Shown in pieces: positions 1-10,383 of a stretch of 64,000 bases of DNA. Position 1 is the stretch's first letter. Each line of letters begins with the position of its first letter. Under the pieces are notes generated by a model. It was not told the origin of the DNA. It did no database searches and was given only the letters and a program-made list of their open reading frames with translations. The position numbers and the translations under genes are program-made. This DNA is from Candidatus Eiseniibacteriota bacterium (GTDB lineage Bacteria; Eisenbacteria; RBG-16-71-46), in the NCBI GenBank assembly GCA_963776245.1, contig CAVZLN010000006.1, forward strand, positions 384,001 to 448,000, read 5' to 3'.

Positions 1-1545
1 CTGCGGCAGGATGGAGAGATAGAGGAAGTGCTTCCCGTCGGGCAGGAACTCCGGCCAGCCGACCTGGAGCACGTGACCGACGGAGTCCTCGCTCACCTGC
101 GGCGTCGCGACCCCGCCGCTGGCGGCCACGCGCATGATCGGATCGGTGCCGCGGCCATCGAACAGGATGACGTCCTTCCGGCCCCACGTGCCGTCCGAGC
201 CGCTCGGGGCGTCGCAGATCACCGTGGGCGGCCCGCCGGTGACGCTGATCTTCTTGAGCTTCCCTCCCGCCATGAACGCGAGGAAGCGGCTGTCCGGCGA
301 CCAGAAGGGCCGGCTGGCGCCCTCGGTCCCGGGCAGCGCCTGCGCCGCGAGCGCTCCCAGCGGCCGCACCCAGACGCGGCTGGTGCCGGTGGAGTCGGTG
401 GCGTTGTAGGCGAGGATGCGGCCGTCCGGCGAGATGCGTGGCGAGTCCTGGGTCTGCACCGACGACGGCGGCGAGACCTCGAAGCGCAGCGTCTGCGCCG
501 CGGGCGCCGGAGCCCCGAAGTGGAGCACGGCGAGCGCGCCCGCGGCGACCGAGGCGGCCGCCACCAGCGCCCACGCCAGCCGTTCGCGGTTCCGCCGCCG
601 CGCGGCCCGGCCCACCGCCAGCGGGTGCCCGGCGGGCGCGCCCGCCTGCGAGCCCCCTTCGGCGATCCAGCGCAGGTGGATCCGCACGTCGTGCGCGGTC
701 TGGATGCGCTCGTCCGGGTCCTTCTCCAGGCACGCGCGCACCAGGCGCTCGAGCCCGGACGGCGCGGCGCCGGGCGCCGCCGGATCCTCCGGCGCATCGC
801 CGATGGGACGCGGCTGGTCCTTCATGATGGAGCTGATCAGGCTCGCCTGCGTCGCTCCCGTGAACGCGCGCTTCCCGGTGGCCATCTCGTACAGCACGCA
901 CCCCAGCGACCACACGTCGCTGCGGGCGTCCGCTTCGGCGCCCTCCAGCTGCTCGGGCGCCATGTACTGGAACGTGCCGACGATGGAGCCCTGCGCCGTG
1001 AGCGGCTGGGCGACGGTCGGCGATTGCGTGAGCCCGGCGAGCGAGCCGCTGCCCCCGGGACCGGCCAGCCCGGTGGCGCGCGCGAGCCCGAAGTCCATGA
1101 GCTTGGCGCCGCTCTTCGCGAGCATGATGTTCCCGGGCTTCAGGTCGCGATGCACGATGCCCGCGCGATGCGCCTTGTCGAGCGCGTCGGCGATCTCGGA
1201 GCCGAGCCGGACGACCTGCTCGGCCGGCAGCGCCCCCTTCTCGAGCCGCTGGGCGAGCGTCTCGCCCTCGACCAGCTCCATCACCAGGTAATCGGTCTCG
1301 CCCTCGCGGCCGATGTCGTGGAGCGTGCAGATGTGAGGATGGTTGAGGCTCGACACCGTGCGGGCCTCGCGTTCGAAGCGCGCGCGCACCTCCGGGTCCT
1401 CGGTCAGGTGCCGGGGCAGCACCTTGACCGCCACGTCGCGCCCGAGGCGCGTGTCGCGCGCGCGATACACCTCGCCCATGCCGCCGGCGCCGAGCGGCGC
1501 GACGATCTCGTAGGGGCCGAGCCGGGTACCGGGAGCGAGGGTCAT
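1..1545 (-). CDS. Ser/Thr protein kinase with TM helix and TolB/PD40-like beta-propeller (3' end runs off window)
   Basis: Not in ORF track because no stop lies in the window. Manual translation from ATG at 1545: [31 protein letters not shown]...HRDLKPGN...DFG...YMAPE, a hydrophobic helix, then SPDGR/FWSPDS propeller motifs. ATGA overlap with the upstream kinase stop. Confidence 0.9.
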   Translation of the reverse strand, partial: MTLAPGTRLGPYEIVAPLGAGGMGEVYRARDTRLGRDVAVKVLPRHLTEDPEVRARFEREARTVSSLNHPHICTLHDIGREGETDYLVMELVEGETLAQRLEKGALPAEQVVRLGSEIADALDKAHRAGIVHRDLKPGNIMLAKSGAKLMDFGLARATGLAGPGGSGSLAGLTQSPTVAQPLTAQGSIVGTFQYMAPEQLEGAEADARSDVWSLGCVLYEMATGKRAFTGATQASLISSIMKDQPRPIGDAPEDPAAPGAAPSGLERLVRACLEKDPDERIQTAHDVRIHLRWIAEGGSQAGAPAGHPLAVGRAARRRNRERLAWALVAAASVAAGALAVLHFGAPAPAAQTLRFEVSPPSSVQTQDSPRISPDGRILAYNATDSTGTSRVWVRPLGALAAQALPGTEGASRPFWSPDSRFLAFMAGGKLKKISVTGGPPTVICDAPSGSDGTWGRKDVILFDGRGTDPIMRVAASGGVATPQVSEDSVGHVLQVGWPEFLPDGKHFLYLSILPQ

Positions 1546-4220
1546 CGCTTCATCTCCTCCGTCCAGTTGACCACCGCGATCGGCAGCCACGCCGATTCGG
1601 CGTGCAGGGGCCGGTTGAACAGGAACCGCTGCCCGTCCGACGAGACGGCCCAGAGTCCGGCGTTGCCGACCTGTCCCGTCAGGTTGATCGGCATCGTGAA
1701 CATCATGCGCGGCGCACCGGCCTCGAATCGGGGCCCGATCTTGACGTCGACGGCGTACGCGACCTGATCGGGCGTCCGGAAGAACAGTTCGCTGCCGTCG
1801 GAGCGCCACAGCGGGTTGCCCCCACCCTGGCTCGAGATCTGGACCGGCGCGCCCGGCCCGGGGAACGCCCGCACGTACAGCTCGATGCGCCCGGACTGGT
1901 TGGAGTCGTACGCCACCCAGTGTCCGTCCGGCGCGAAGTGCGGCCTCGACTCGCTGAACCGGCTCGCCACGATCGGCACCGGGGCGCCGCCGCGCAGTGG
2001 CAGCGCGAAGCAGTCCCAGCCGTTCGCGCCATCGGACTGCATGCAGGCGAGCCAGGCGCCGTCGCGCGACGCGTCGGTGGGACCGATGTTCTGCGGCCCC
2101 TGGTAGACCAGCGAGTCCGCCCCGACGCTGTCGAGCGAGCGCCGGTAGATCGCGTACGTCGCCTTGCGGTTCGATGCCCAGTACAGCGTGCGCGAATCGG
2201 CCCCCCAGACCGGCCAGATGTCGTTGCCGGGATCGATGGTGAAGCGCGAGGAGATGTTGCGCTCGAGGTCGCGCACCCAGATGTCGGCGGCGGACCCCGA
2301 GGCGTCGGTGAGCTGGTAAGCCACGTATCGGCCATCCGGCGAGAGCGAGAAGCTGCCGTAGGACCCCGGGGTGCCCACGTCAGCGAGGTCGCGCCCTGAG
2401 CGGTCCACCCAGCCGATCCGCCGCAGGTCGGCGCTCGCCTGGCTGTAGATCAGGACGCCGTTGCGCGACGCCGAGAAGTACGCCATGGAATTGCCGCGGG
2501 CCACGCCGATCTGGTCGGCCAGCGTGCGCGGCTCGCCCTTCAGCTTCCCGGTGCCCGCATCGAAGCGCTGCGCGAACAGCGCGCCCTCGCGCTCGAAGAG
2601 CAGGTAGCCCGGTGGCACGTACTCCACCCGCCCCTCGTAGGGCATGACCGTGACCGCCTGGCGCGAACCGAGCGTGCCCAACCGCAACTCGGCCTTCCCA
2701 CCCGACGCGAACGCGATGACGTGGAGGAAGTGCTTGCCGTCAGGGAGGATCTCGGGCCAGTCCGCCTCGACCTCGTGCCGCGCGCTGTCGACGGCGGTGA
2801 CGGCGCGCGGCTCGCCGCCCTGGACGGACACCGCGCGGATGTTGTTGTGGACCCGGTCGCCGTCGAACAGGATCTGACCCTTGGTGCTCCAGCACCCGTC
2901 AGATCCGCCGGGAGCCTCACAGATGGTCTCCGGCCGTCCGCCGCCCACGAGGATCTTCTTGAGCTTGCCCCCCGAGAAGAACCCGAGATAGCGCCCATCC
3001 GGGGACCAGAACGGCCGACCCGTGCCTTCGGTGCCCGGGAGTGGATGCGATTCGAGATCGTCGAGCGCACGCAGCCAGAGCCGCGGCTGCCCGCTCGAGT
3101 CGGCCGCCGCGAAGGCCGCGTACCGTCCGTCCGGAGACACGCGCAGCGGGCCCAGCGGCGAGAGCGACGCCGGCACCCGGATCTCGAAACGCAGCACGCG
3201 CGGGCGCTGCGAGACCTCCCGCCACCACAGACCGGCGAAGGTGATCGCCACCGCCGCGCCCAGCGCCGCCGCGCTCCAGCCCAGGCGCGCGCCGAGCCGC
3301 CGCCGCGCCGATACGGGCACCGGCGTGCCGGCCTGCGAGCCGCCCTCGGCGATCCACGACAGCTGCAGCCTCACGTCGTGGGCCGTCTGCACGCGCTGGT
3401 CGGGGTCCTTCGCCAGGCACGAGCGGATGAGGCGCTCGAGCCCGGGCGGCGCCATCGGGGCCAGCGTCGTCAGCGTCGCCGGCTCGGCAGACATGATGGC
3501 GCCGATCAGGCTCGCCTGGCTCCTGCCCTCGAACGCCGGCCGTCCCGTCGTCATCTCGTGGAGCACGCATCCGAGCGCCCACACGTCCGAGCGCACGTCG
3601 GCCTCGCGGCCCTCGAGCTGCTCCGGCGACATGTACTGGAAGGTGCCGACGATGGTGCCCTCGGCCGTCAGCGGCGAGGCCACCGTCGGCGTGCGCGTCA
3701 GCGCGGCGACGGTCACCCCGCTGCCAGTGGCGGGGCCGGCCATCCCGGTCGCGCGCGCAAGGCCGAAGTCCATGAGCTTGGCGCCGGTCTTCGTGAGCAT
3801 CACATTGCCCGGCTTGAGGTCGCGATGCACCACGCCGGCGCGATGCGCGCGGTCGAGCGCGTCGGCGATCTGCGCGCCCAGCCTCAGCACGTCGGCCGCC
3901 GGCAGCGCCCCACGGGTGAGCCGCTGCGAGAGGGTCTCGCCCTCGACCAACTCCATCACCAGGTAGTCCGTGTCGCCTTCGCGCCCCACGTCGTGGAGCG
4001 TGCAGATGTGCGGGTGGTTGAGGCTCGACACGGTGCGCGCCTCGCGCTCGAAGCGCGCGCGCACGTCGGCGCTCGAGGACAGATGCTGGGGCAGCACCTT
4101 GATGGCCACGTCGCGGCTCAGCCGGGTATCGCGCGCGCGATACACCTCGCCCATGCCGCCGGCGCCGAGCGGCGCGACGATCTCGTACGGACCGAGGCGG
4201 GTGCCGGGCGTGAGCGTCAT
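1542..4220 (-). CDS. Ser/Thr protein kinase with TM helix and TolB/PD40-like beta-propeller
   Basis: [19 protein letters not shown] and YMSPE motifs; TM segment; repeated SPDG motifs. Start placed at MTLTPG (4220) by paralog alignment and ATGA overlap. Confidence 0.92.
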   Translation of the reverse strand: MTLTPGTRLGPYEIVAPLGAGGMGEVYRARDTRLSRDVAIKVLPQHLSSSADVRARFEREARTVSSLNHPHICTLHDVGREGDTDYLVMELVEGETLSQRLTRGALPAADVLRLGAQIADALDRAHRAGVVHRDLKPGNVMLTKTGAKLMDFGLARATGMAGPATGSGVTVAALTRTPTVASPLTAEGTIVGTFQYMSPEQLEGREADVRSDVWALGCVLHEMTTGRPAFEGRSQASLIGAIMSAEPATLTTLAPMAPPGLERLIRSCLAKDPDQRVQTAHDVRLQLSWIAEGGSQAGTPVPVSARRRLGARLGWSAAALGAAVAITFAGLWWREVSQRPRVLRFEIRVPASLSPLGPLRVSPDGRYAAFAAADSSGQPRLWLRALDDLESHPLPGTEGTGRPFWSPDGRYLGFFSGGKLKKILVGGGRPETICEAPGGSDGCWSTKGQILFDGDRVHNNIRAVSVQGGEPRAVTAVDSARHEVEADWPEILPDGKHFLHVIAFASGGKAELRLGTLGSRQAVTVMPYEGRVEYVPPGYLLFEREGALFAQRFDAGTGKLKGEPRTLADQIGVARGNSMAYFSASRNGVLIYSQASADLRRIGWVDRSGRDLADVGTPGSYGSFSLSPDGRYVAYQLTDASGSAADIWVRDLERNISSRFTIDPGNDIWPVWGADSRTLYWASNRKATYAIYRRSLDSVGADSLVYQGPQNIGPTDASRDGAWLACMQSDGANGWDCFALPLRGGAPVPIVASRFSESRPHFAPDGHWVAYDSNQSGRIELYVRAFPGPGAPVQISSQGGGNPLWRSDGSELFFRTPDQVAYAVDVKIGPRFEAGAPRMMFTMPINLTGQVGNAGLWAVSSDGQRFLFNRPLHAESAWLPIAVVNWTEEMKR

Positions 4221-6916
4221 CGCCGCTCCAGCATCGCGGGCCAGCGGAGCGCGATCTGGATGGAAGCGCTCTCGCTCGTGCTCACGTCCTCGAGCACGAG
4301 GAAACGCTGAGCGTCGGAGGTGGCGACGAGGCCCGAGCAATTGGCGGGGATCCGGAACAGCGGCCGCGGGGTCCCGGCGGTGAACGAGACCCCCGTTTCG
4401 ACCGGCGCCGTCATCAGGGTGACTCCATCCCCGCCGACGAACAGCAGCTCGCGTCCGTCGCGACGCCAGAACGGACGGCCGAACTTCGAGCGCGTGCCCT
4501 GCCCCGCGCCATCCTTCGATACCCGGTACTTGGCGTTCGGCTCGGGGAAGCCCTGCACGTACAGCTCCGTGCGGCCCGACTCGTCGGAGCGATAGGCGAT
4601 CCAGTGACCGTCAGGCGAGATCGCGGGATCCTCCTCGTGGAACTGTCGGTGAAGCAGAGCGTAACTGGTGGAGTCGCCCCGCTGCGGGAAGACCCAGACA
4701 TCCTCCCCGGTCGTGGGACTCAGCCGGCGCACGAGGAGGTAGCGTCCGTCCGCGGACCAGAACACGGGATTGTCGAAGTCGCCGGCGAGCCGCGCGGCGA
4801 GTTCGACCTCGCCGGCGCCGCTCGCGAGCTTGCGCCACAGGTCCCGATGACCGTGCTTGGCCCCGGCGAGGACGATCCAGCGGCCGTCGGGCGACCAGAT
4901 CGGGTTCTCGGGGAAGTCCACGTCACTCGTCAGTCGCGTGGCCAGGCCGGTAGACAGCTCGATCGTCCAGGCATCCTGTGTGCTGCCCGAGGAGCGGATG
5001 CAGGCCACCCGGTCATTGCCGGGCGAGATGGAGACGTTCTTGTAGGGTGCCGCGGCCGTCGGCACTCGCGCGATGGTCCTGCCCTCGCGGTCCAGCCACG
5101 CGAGCCGGGAGACGAGCTGCGCCCGGCGACGCTGGATCATCACGCCGTTCGCCGACACCGAGACCACGGGATCCCCGTTGTAGCGGCTCCCGTCGGCAGG
5201 CGCCGTGCCGATCACCCGCGGTTCGCCCATCACGACCCCGCGCCGCTCGTCGAAGCGTTGAGCCAGCAGCGTCTCGTCGCGCGGGAAGATCAGGTAGCCG
5301 GGCGCCGCGTACACGGCGTCCGAGCTGGCCGTCACCACCGGCCGGGTGACGGAGGACCCCAGCGAGCCGAGCCGCGTCTGCGCCGTGTCACCCGCGGTGA
5401 GGGTGACGTACAGGAACCGCCGCCCATCCGGCAGGAAGGCCGGGAAGCGGTGCGCGCTCTCGGTCCTCGCGCTGTCGAGCTGGGTGGCCTGCACGGGGCG
5501 TCCTCCGCCCTCCGGGACCTGGAACAGCGGCCCGGCCGACGCGGGCGCGAACAGGATCACGCCGCGCGGGCTCCACGCCGCGCCGCGGCCATCCGGGGCG
5601 TCGCACAGGATCTGGACGTTGCGTCCGCCGGTCTCGATCCGCTTGAGCTTGCCGCCCGCGAAGAACCCGACTGAGCGCCCATCTGGAGACCAGAACGGCA
5701 GGATCGCGTTCTCGGTGCCCGCCAGCGGCCGGGCCAGGTTCTCGTCCAGCTCCCTCACCCAGAGCTGGGAGACCCCGGTGGAATCCGTTCCCTCGAACAC
5801 CACGGCGTCCCCCCGGGGCGAGACCGCGAGCGCCATGGCGTCGTCCTCGATGATCACGCCCTCGGGCGGGACCAGCGCGGCGAAGACCGCGGGGCCCGCT
5901 CCGGGCGCGCCGCCGATCCGCGGAGCGATCGCGATCCCGGCAGCGAGCAGGGCGAAACCTCCCGCCACGATCCACGCCAGGCGTTCCCGCGGGACGCGCC
6001 GCGGCATGGCGGGGGCCGGCGCATCGCCCCGCGAGCCACCGGCGTCGATCCACTCGAGTTGGAGCCTCACGTCGTGCGCCGACTGCAGGCGGGCCGACGG
6101 GTCCTTGGCGAGGCACGCCCGCACCAGTCGGTCGAGCGCCGCCGGCACGATCGGCGATACCTCGGAGATGGGCCGCGGTTCTTCCTTGAGGATCGAGGCG
6201 ATCAAGCTCGCCTGGCTGCTGCCGGTGAAGGCACTCCGTCCCGTCACCATCTCGTAGAGCACGCACCCGAGTGCCCACAGGTCGCTGCGCGCGTCGGCCT
6301 CGTGCCCCTCCAACTGCTCCGGCGACATGTATTGGAACGTGCCGACGATGGTGCCCTCGGCGGTCAGCGGCGAGGCCACCGTGGGCGAGCGCGTGAGCGC
6401 CGACGCCGTGGCGCCGCTGCCACCGCCCGGCCCCGCGAGTCCGGTGGCGCGGGCGAGCCCGAAGTCCATGAGCTTGGCGCCCGAACGGGTGAGCATGACA
6501 TTGCCGGGCTTGAGATCGCGATGGATGACGCCGGCGCGGTGCGCCTTGTCGAGCGCGTCCGCGACCTGTCCGCCGATGCGCAGCGCCTCGGTGGCCGACA
6601 TCGGGCCGCGCGCGAGCCGGTCGGCCAGGGTCTGGCCCTCGACCAGTTCCATCACGAGGAAGTCGGTGGCTCCCTCGCGGCCGACGTCGAGCAGCGTGCA
6701 GATGTTCGGGTGATTGAGGCCCGAGATGATCCGCGCCTCCCGCTCGAATCGGACCCGCACCTCGGGCTCGGCCGACAGGTGCTGGGGCAGCACCTTGATC
6801 GCCACGTCGCGCCCGAGCCGCGTGTCGCGCGCGCGATACACCTCGCCCATGCCGCCGGCGCCGAGCGGCGCGGCGATCTCATAGGGCCCAAGGCGTGTGC
6901 CGGGGGGAATCGACAT
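4217..6916 (-). CDS. Ser/Thr protein kinase with TM helix and TolB/PD40-like beta-propeller
   Basis: Same Hanks-type kinase motifs, TM helix (LAWIVAGGFALLAAGIAI) and WSPDG repeats. Confidence 0.92.
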   Translation of the reverse strand: MSIPPGTRLGPYEIAAPLGAGGMGEVYRARDTRLGRDVAIKVLPQHLSAEPEVRVRFEREARIISGLNHPNICTLLDVGREGATDFLVMELVEGQTLADRLARGPMSATEALRIGGQVADALDKAHRAGVIHRDLKPGNVMLTRSGAKLMDFGLARATGLAGPGGGSGATASALTRSPTVASPLTAEGTIVGTFQYMSPEQLEGHEADARSDLWALGCVLYEMVTGRSAFTGSSQASLIASILKEEPRPISEVSPIVPAALDRLVRACLAKDPSARLQSAHDVRLQLEWIDAGGSRGDAPAPAMPRRVPRERLAWIVAGGFALLAAGIAIAPRIGGAPGAGPAVFAALVPPEGVIIEDDAMALAVSPRGDAVVFEGTDSTGVSQLWVRELDENLARPLAGTENAILPFWSPDGRSVGFFAGGKLKRIETGGRNVQILCDAPDGRGAAWSPRGVILFAPASAGPLFQVPEGGGRPVQATQLDSARTESAHRFPAFLPDGRRFLYVTLTAGDTAQTRLGSLGSSVTRPVVTASSDAVYAAPGYLIFPRDETLLAQRFDERRGVVMGEPRVIGTAPADGSRYNGDPVVSVSANGVMIQRRRAQLVSRLAWLDREGRTIARVPTAAAPYKNVSISPGNDRVACIRSSGSTQDAWTIELSTGLATRLTSDVDFPENPIWSPDGRWIVLAGAKHGHRDLWRKLASGAGEVELAARLAGDFDNPVFWSADGRYLLVRRLSPTTGEDVWVFPQRGDSTSYALLHRQFHEEDPAISPDGHWIAYRSDESGRTELYVQGFPEPNAKYRVSKDGAGQGTRSKFGRPFWRRDGRELLFVGGDGVTLMTAPVETGVSFTAGTPRPLFRIPANCSGLVATSDAQRFLVLEDVSTSESASIQIALRWPAMLERR

Positions 6917-7045
6917 TCGAAGCGACCTGCCTCATCGTGGAGGGAGCATTGCCGACCGCGGATCCATGGCCGAGGCGAGAAGCCGGTCGGATGGGTCGAA
7001 GCCGTTCGGCGCGCGCGTGGCCGACCCGGGCCACCGCGGCGATTT

Positions 7046-7074
7046 CGCTCCGGAGGGCCCTGCCCTCCGGAGCG
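7046..7074. other. 13-bp perfect hairpin between purA and the kinase array (possible terminator or structure)
   Basis: cgctccggagggc-cct-gccctccggagcg. Confidence 0.45.
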
Positions 7075-7205
7075 TTGGCAATCTGATGCGGCGTACCGGC
7101 TTGCGGATTCGATCTCGTTGCGGAGCGCGGGCGCGATCCGCGCCCGACCGACCGCGACTGCGGCCCGGGCGACGGGCGCCGGAGGCTCGCGCCCGGCCCC
7201 GGCCG

Positions 7206-8478
7206 CTAGCGGCGCTCGACCTCGGCCTCGCGTTCGGCGCCCACCGAGACCGAGGTGATGGGCACGCCGGTCTCGTGCTCGATCCACTCGAGGTACGCGC
7301 GGGCGTTCGCGGGGAGGTCCGGCCAGCGCCGCGCCGCGCGCGTCGGGGTGCCGCCACCCCGGGAACACGCGCCACACCGGGCGCACACGCTCGAGGGCCG
7401 TGGCCGAGGCGTCGAAGTCCGCCACCGTGCGGCCGTCGCGCTCGTGGGCCACCGCGACGCGGATCTCGTCGAACTCATCGAGCACGTCGAGCTTGGTGAC
7501 CACCATCGCGTCGAGCGAATTGATGCGGGCCGCGTAGCGCAGCGCCGGCAGGTCGAGCCAGCCGCAGCGGCGCGGCCGCCCGGTGGTGGCGCCGTACTCC
7601 TCGCCCGCCGCGCGCAGATGCGCGGCCTCGGCCTCGGGCATCTCGCTCGGGAACGGGCCATGGCCCACGCGCGTGGTGTACGCCTTGGTCACGCCGATCA
7701 CGCGATCGATCGCGCGCGGGCCGAGGCCGACCCCCAAGGGCGCGCCCGCCGCGCTCGCGGGCGAGGACGTGACGTACGGGTAGGTGCCGTGGTCGAGATC
7801 GAGCAGGGTGCCCTGCGCGCCCTCGAGCAGCACCCGCCGGCCGGTCTTCAGCGCCGCGTGAAGCTCGCCCGAGACGTCGCACACCAGCGGCCGCAGCCAC
7901 GCGATGGTCTCGGCCAGCTCGGCATGGATGGAGGCGCCGCTCATGGCGCCGATCCCCGCGGCGTCGGGGGACTCGCGCGCATGACGCTGGCGGTTGCGCT
8001 CCGCCGCGGCGATGAACGCGTCGCGGTCGAACAGGTCGCCGACGCGGATCCCGGTGCGGCCCGCCTTGTCGCGGTACGCTCCACCGATCCCGCGGCCGGT
8101 GGTGCCGATCGCGCCGGGGCCCTGCTCGGCCACGGCCTCGGCGGCGCGGTGGTAGGGCAGGATGATGTGCGCCGCCGGGCTCACGCCGAGACGCGGGCAC
8201 ACGTCGAGACCGAGTGATTCGAGCCGCCCGACCTCGGCGCGCAGCTGCGGGAGGTCCACCACCACGCCGTTGCCGATCAGGCAGCGGCGTCCGGGATGGA
8301 GCACGCCCGAGGGCACCAGGTGGAGCACCACGGTCGCGCCCTGGTGGATGATGCTGTGCCCGGCGTTGGGCCCGCCCTGATAGCGCGCCACCACGTCGGA
8401 CGCAGCGCTCAGCGCGTCGACGATCTTGCCCTTGCCCTCATCGCCCCACTGGGCGCCCACCACGACGGTGCACGGCAC
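7206..8478 (-). CDS. purA: adenylosuccinate synthetase (apparent frameshift at ~7345)
   Basis: GAQWGDEGKGK, GGPNAGH, LEGAQG, GTYPYVTSS, TTGRPRRCGWLD. The C-terminus (LPANARAYLEWIE...SVG) continues in another frame after a C run. Confidence 0.95.
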
Positions 8479-8503
8479 GCGCGTCCTCCCGGCGGAACCG
8501 CCT

Positions 8504-10051
8504 CTACGATCCGCTTCCCGTGGTGTCGGCCCTGAGGATCCGGTTCATCCGCTCGCGCAGGATCCAGATGTCCACCGCGCCGAACTTGCCCTGGGGCACG
8601 GCTCGGACGAAGACGTACCGCTGGTCGATCCAGTCGTAGAGCGGCCGGTCGTTCTTGTATCCCCAGGAGGCCGGCACGTCGAGGGCCACGATCGCGTCCG
8701 GCTGCCGCCTCAAGATGGGATCCTGGTCCGGCCCCCCGGGCTCGCCGGCGGCGACGTAACGGGCCTGCTCCACATCGGTCAATCCGGCGAGATCCCAGAA
8801 CACCAGGTCCTTCGCGACATAGCCCATACCGCCCAGCCACGGTGTCGCGACGGTCGCTCCCTTGTGGAGGTGCGCCGCCAGCCACTCCCCGGCGGCCACC
8901 TGGGGAGACCCGCGCATCTGCATGTTCATGCCCTCGTTGGCGACATAGCCGCGCACCTGCACCTGCCACGCGAACACCGCGCACGCCACCACTCCCAGCA
9001 GGACGACGAGAGCGGATGACCTTCCCAGCCGCAGCGCGCCCGACTCCCGGAGCCGCTCGAGCACCGTGTCCAGCCACACGCCGGACAGCATCGCGATCAC
9101 CGGCCACACCGGGACGATGAATCGACCGAAGGGCATCCAGTCACGGCAGGTGTACAACACGAACACGCCGCCCGCCACGATCACGCCCGCCGCCGCACGC
9201 CACAGCCGGCGATACGCTTCGGTCGTCTCCGCCCTCACGAACACCCACGACAGGAGGATCAGCGGGCCCCCGAGCGAGAGGATCCAGGGCTGCAGCGTCG
9301 AGGGCAGGATGAACAGGGAACTCAGGGTCCCGGGCGACTTCGCGATCGCCGAGTTGGGCAGCCACGAACCGTAGTAGGACAGCCGCACGCACTCCCAGAC
9401 GGCCGCGGGCAGGAGGACGATCGCGAGCAAGAGCAGCTGGCGCGCCATGGAGAGCCGCGAGTCCCGCCCGACCCATCGCAGCGCGATGAACCAGAACAGG
9501 CCGTACATCAGCCCCTCCGGCCGCGTCACGCCGGCCAGCGCGAACGCGGCCGCCGCGAGCACCAGCCCGCCCCAGTTGCCGGACAGCGTCGCGACCACGC
9601 CGCCGAGCAGCAGGCAGCCGAACAGCGGGCCCTCGAGCCCCGCGGTCGCGAAGATGTGGAACCCCGGATTCGTCACGATGAGCGTGAGCGCGACCGCCGA
9701 CGAGAACGCCGTGCATGCCGGACGGGTGAAGCGCATCCCCCACCAGGCCAGGAGGATCGTGGCGAGCGCGCACGCCAGCCCGAGGGCGCGCGCGATGTCG
9801 GGAAGGCCGAGTGCGGTGACCTTCGCGATCCCGGCGAGAGCGACCGTCCAGAGCGGATTCGAGAAGCCCTCGACCCGTTCGCCGTCATTGAAGGTGAGGC
9901 CTGCGCCGTGCGCGAGGCGATCGGCGTAGCGGAACGAGATGTACGCGTCGTCGGTGACGTGGGGCCAGAGATACGACTGCGCCGCGAGCGTGACCGCGAG
10001 CGCGAGGATCAGCCCCGTGACGGAGGGTCGGCTCGGATTCGCAGCACGCAT
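8504..10051 (-). CDS. multi-TM GT-C-type glycosyltransferase, AftB-like membrane protein
   Basis: DDAYISFRYA...G.GL.FN.GERVEGFSNPLW motif, TRPEG, LPNS..AK, DWM..GRF; many TM helices. Confidence 0.7.
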   Translation of the reverse strand: MRAANPSRPSVTGLILALAVTLAAQSYLWPHVTDDAYISFRYADRLAHGAGLTFNDGERVEGFSNPLWTVALAGIAKVTALGLPDIARALGLACALATILLAWWGMRFTRPACTAFSSAVALTLIVTNPGFHIFATAGLEGPLFGCLLLGGVVATLSGNWGGLVLAAAAFALAGVTRPEGLMYGLFWFIALRWVGRDSRLSMARQLLLLAIVLLPAAVWECVRLSYYGSWLPNSAIAKSPGTLSSLFILPSTLQPWILSLGGPLILLSWVFVRAETTEAYRRLWRAAAGVIVAGGVFVLYTCRDWMPFGRFIVPVWPVIAMLSGVWLDTVLERLRESGALRLGRSSALVVLLGVVACAVFAWQVQVRGYVANEGMNMQMRGSPQVAAGEWLAAHLHKGATVATPWLGGMGYVAKDLVFWDLAGLTDVEQARYVAAGEPGGPDQDPILRRQPDAIVALDVPASWGYKNDRPLYDWIDQRYVFVRAVPQGKFGAVDIWILRERMNRILRADTTGSGS

Positions 10052-10133
10052 GGGATCCGCCTTCCGCTGGGTCCATCGGGTGGATGAGGATCGGGCTCCG
10101 GCCCGGGCGTCCGGCGCGTCGCGCGCGCGGCGG

Positions 10134-10162
10134 ATTGTCACGGCCTCGTAGGGCGATGTCAA
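10134..10162 (-). promoter_or_regulatory. sigma70-type promoter for the GT-C gene
   Basis: TTGACA-17 nt-GACAAT on the minus strand. Confidence 0.6.
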
Positions 10163-10179
10163 TCCGCGGTCGTGCCCGT

Positions 10180-10383
10180 TCAGCTCTCGCGCGGCGGGTG
10201 CGCTTGCGGGTCCGGCTCGCACCTCGCGGGCTTCGGCCTCGCGACGTCGTCGTCGTGGAGCATCCGGAGGGCGGGAGTGTCGAGGTCGTCGAACTGGCCA
10301 TGCCGGACCGCCCACGCATAGGCGAGGACCGCGCCGAACACGACGCTCAGCACCACCGGCAGCACGATGAACAGCACGCTCAC
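10180..10383 (-). CDS. ccoS: cbb3 oxidase assembly protein CcoS/FixS
   Basis: Hydrophobic N-terminus then WAVRHGQFDDLDTPALRMLHDD. GTGA overlap with the ccoI stop. Confidence 0.9.
   Translation of the reverse strand: MSVLFIVLPVVLSVVFGAVLAYAWAVRHGQFDDLDTPALRMLHDDDVARPKPARCEPDPQAHPPRES

Noticed and set aside
7075..7095. Sigma54-like TGGCA...TGC element
   Set aside because: GG-to-GC spacing is 9 rather than 10 nt, and it points away from the kinase genes.
6652..7205. Extended C-terminus of PurA overlapping the kinase
   Set aside because: Produced by the frameshift at ~7345; the true PurA end is at 7206 in another frame.
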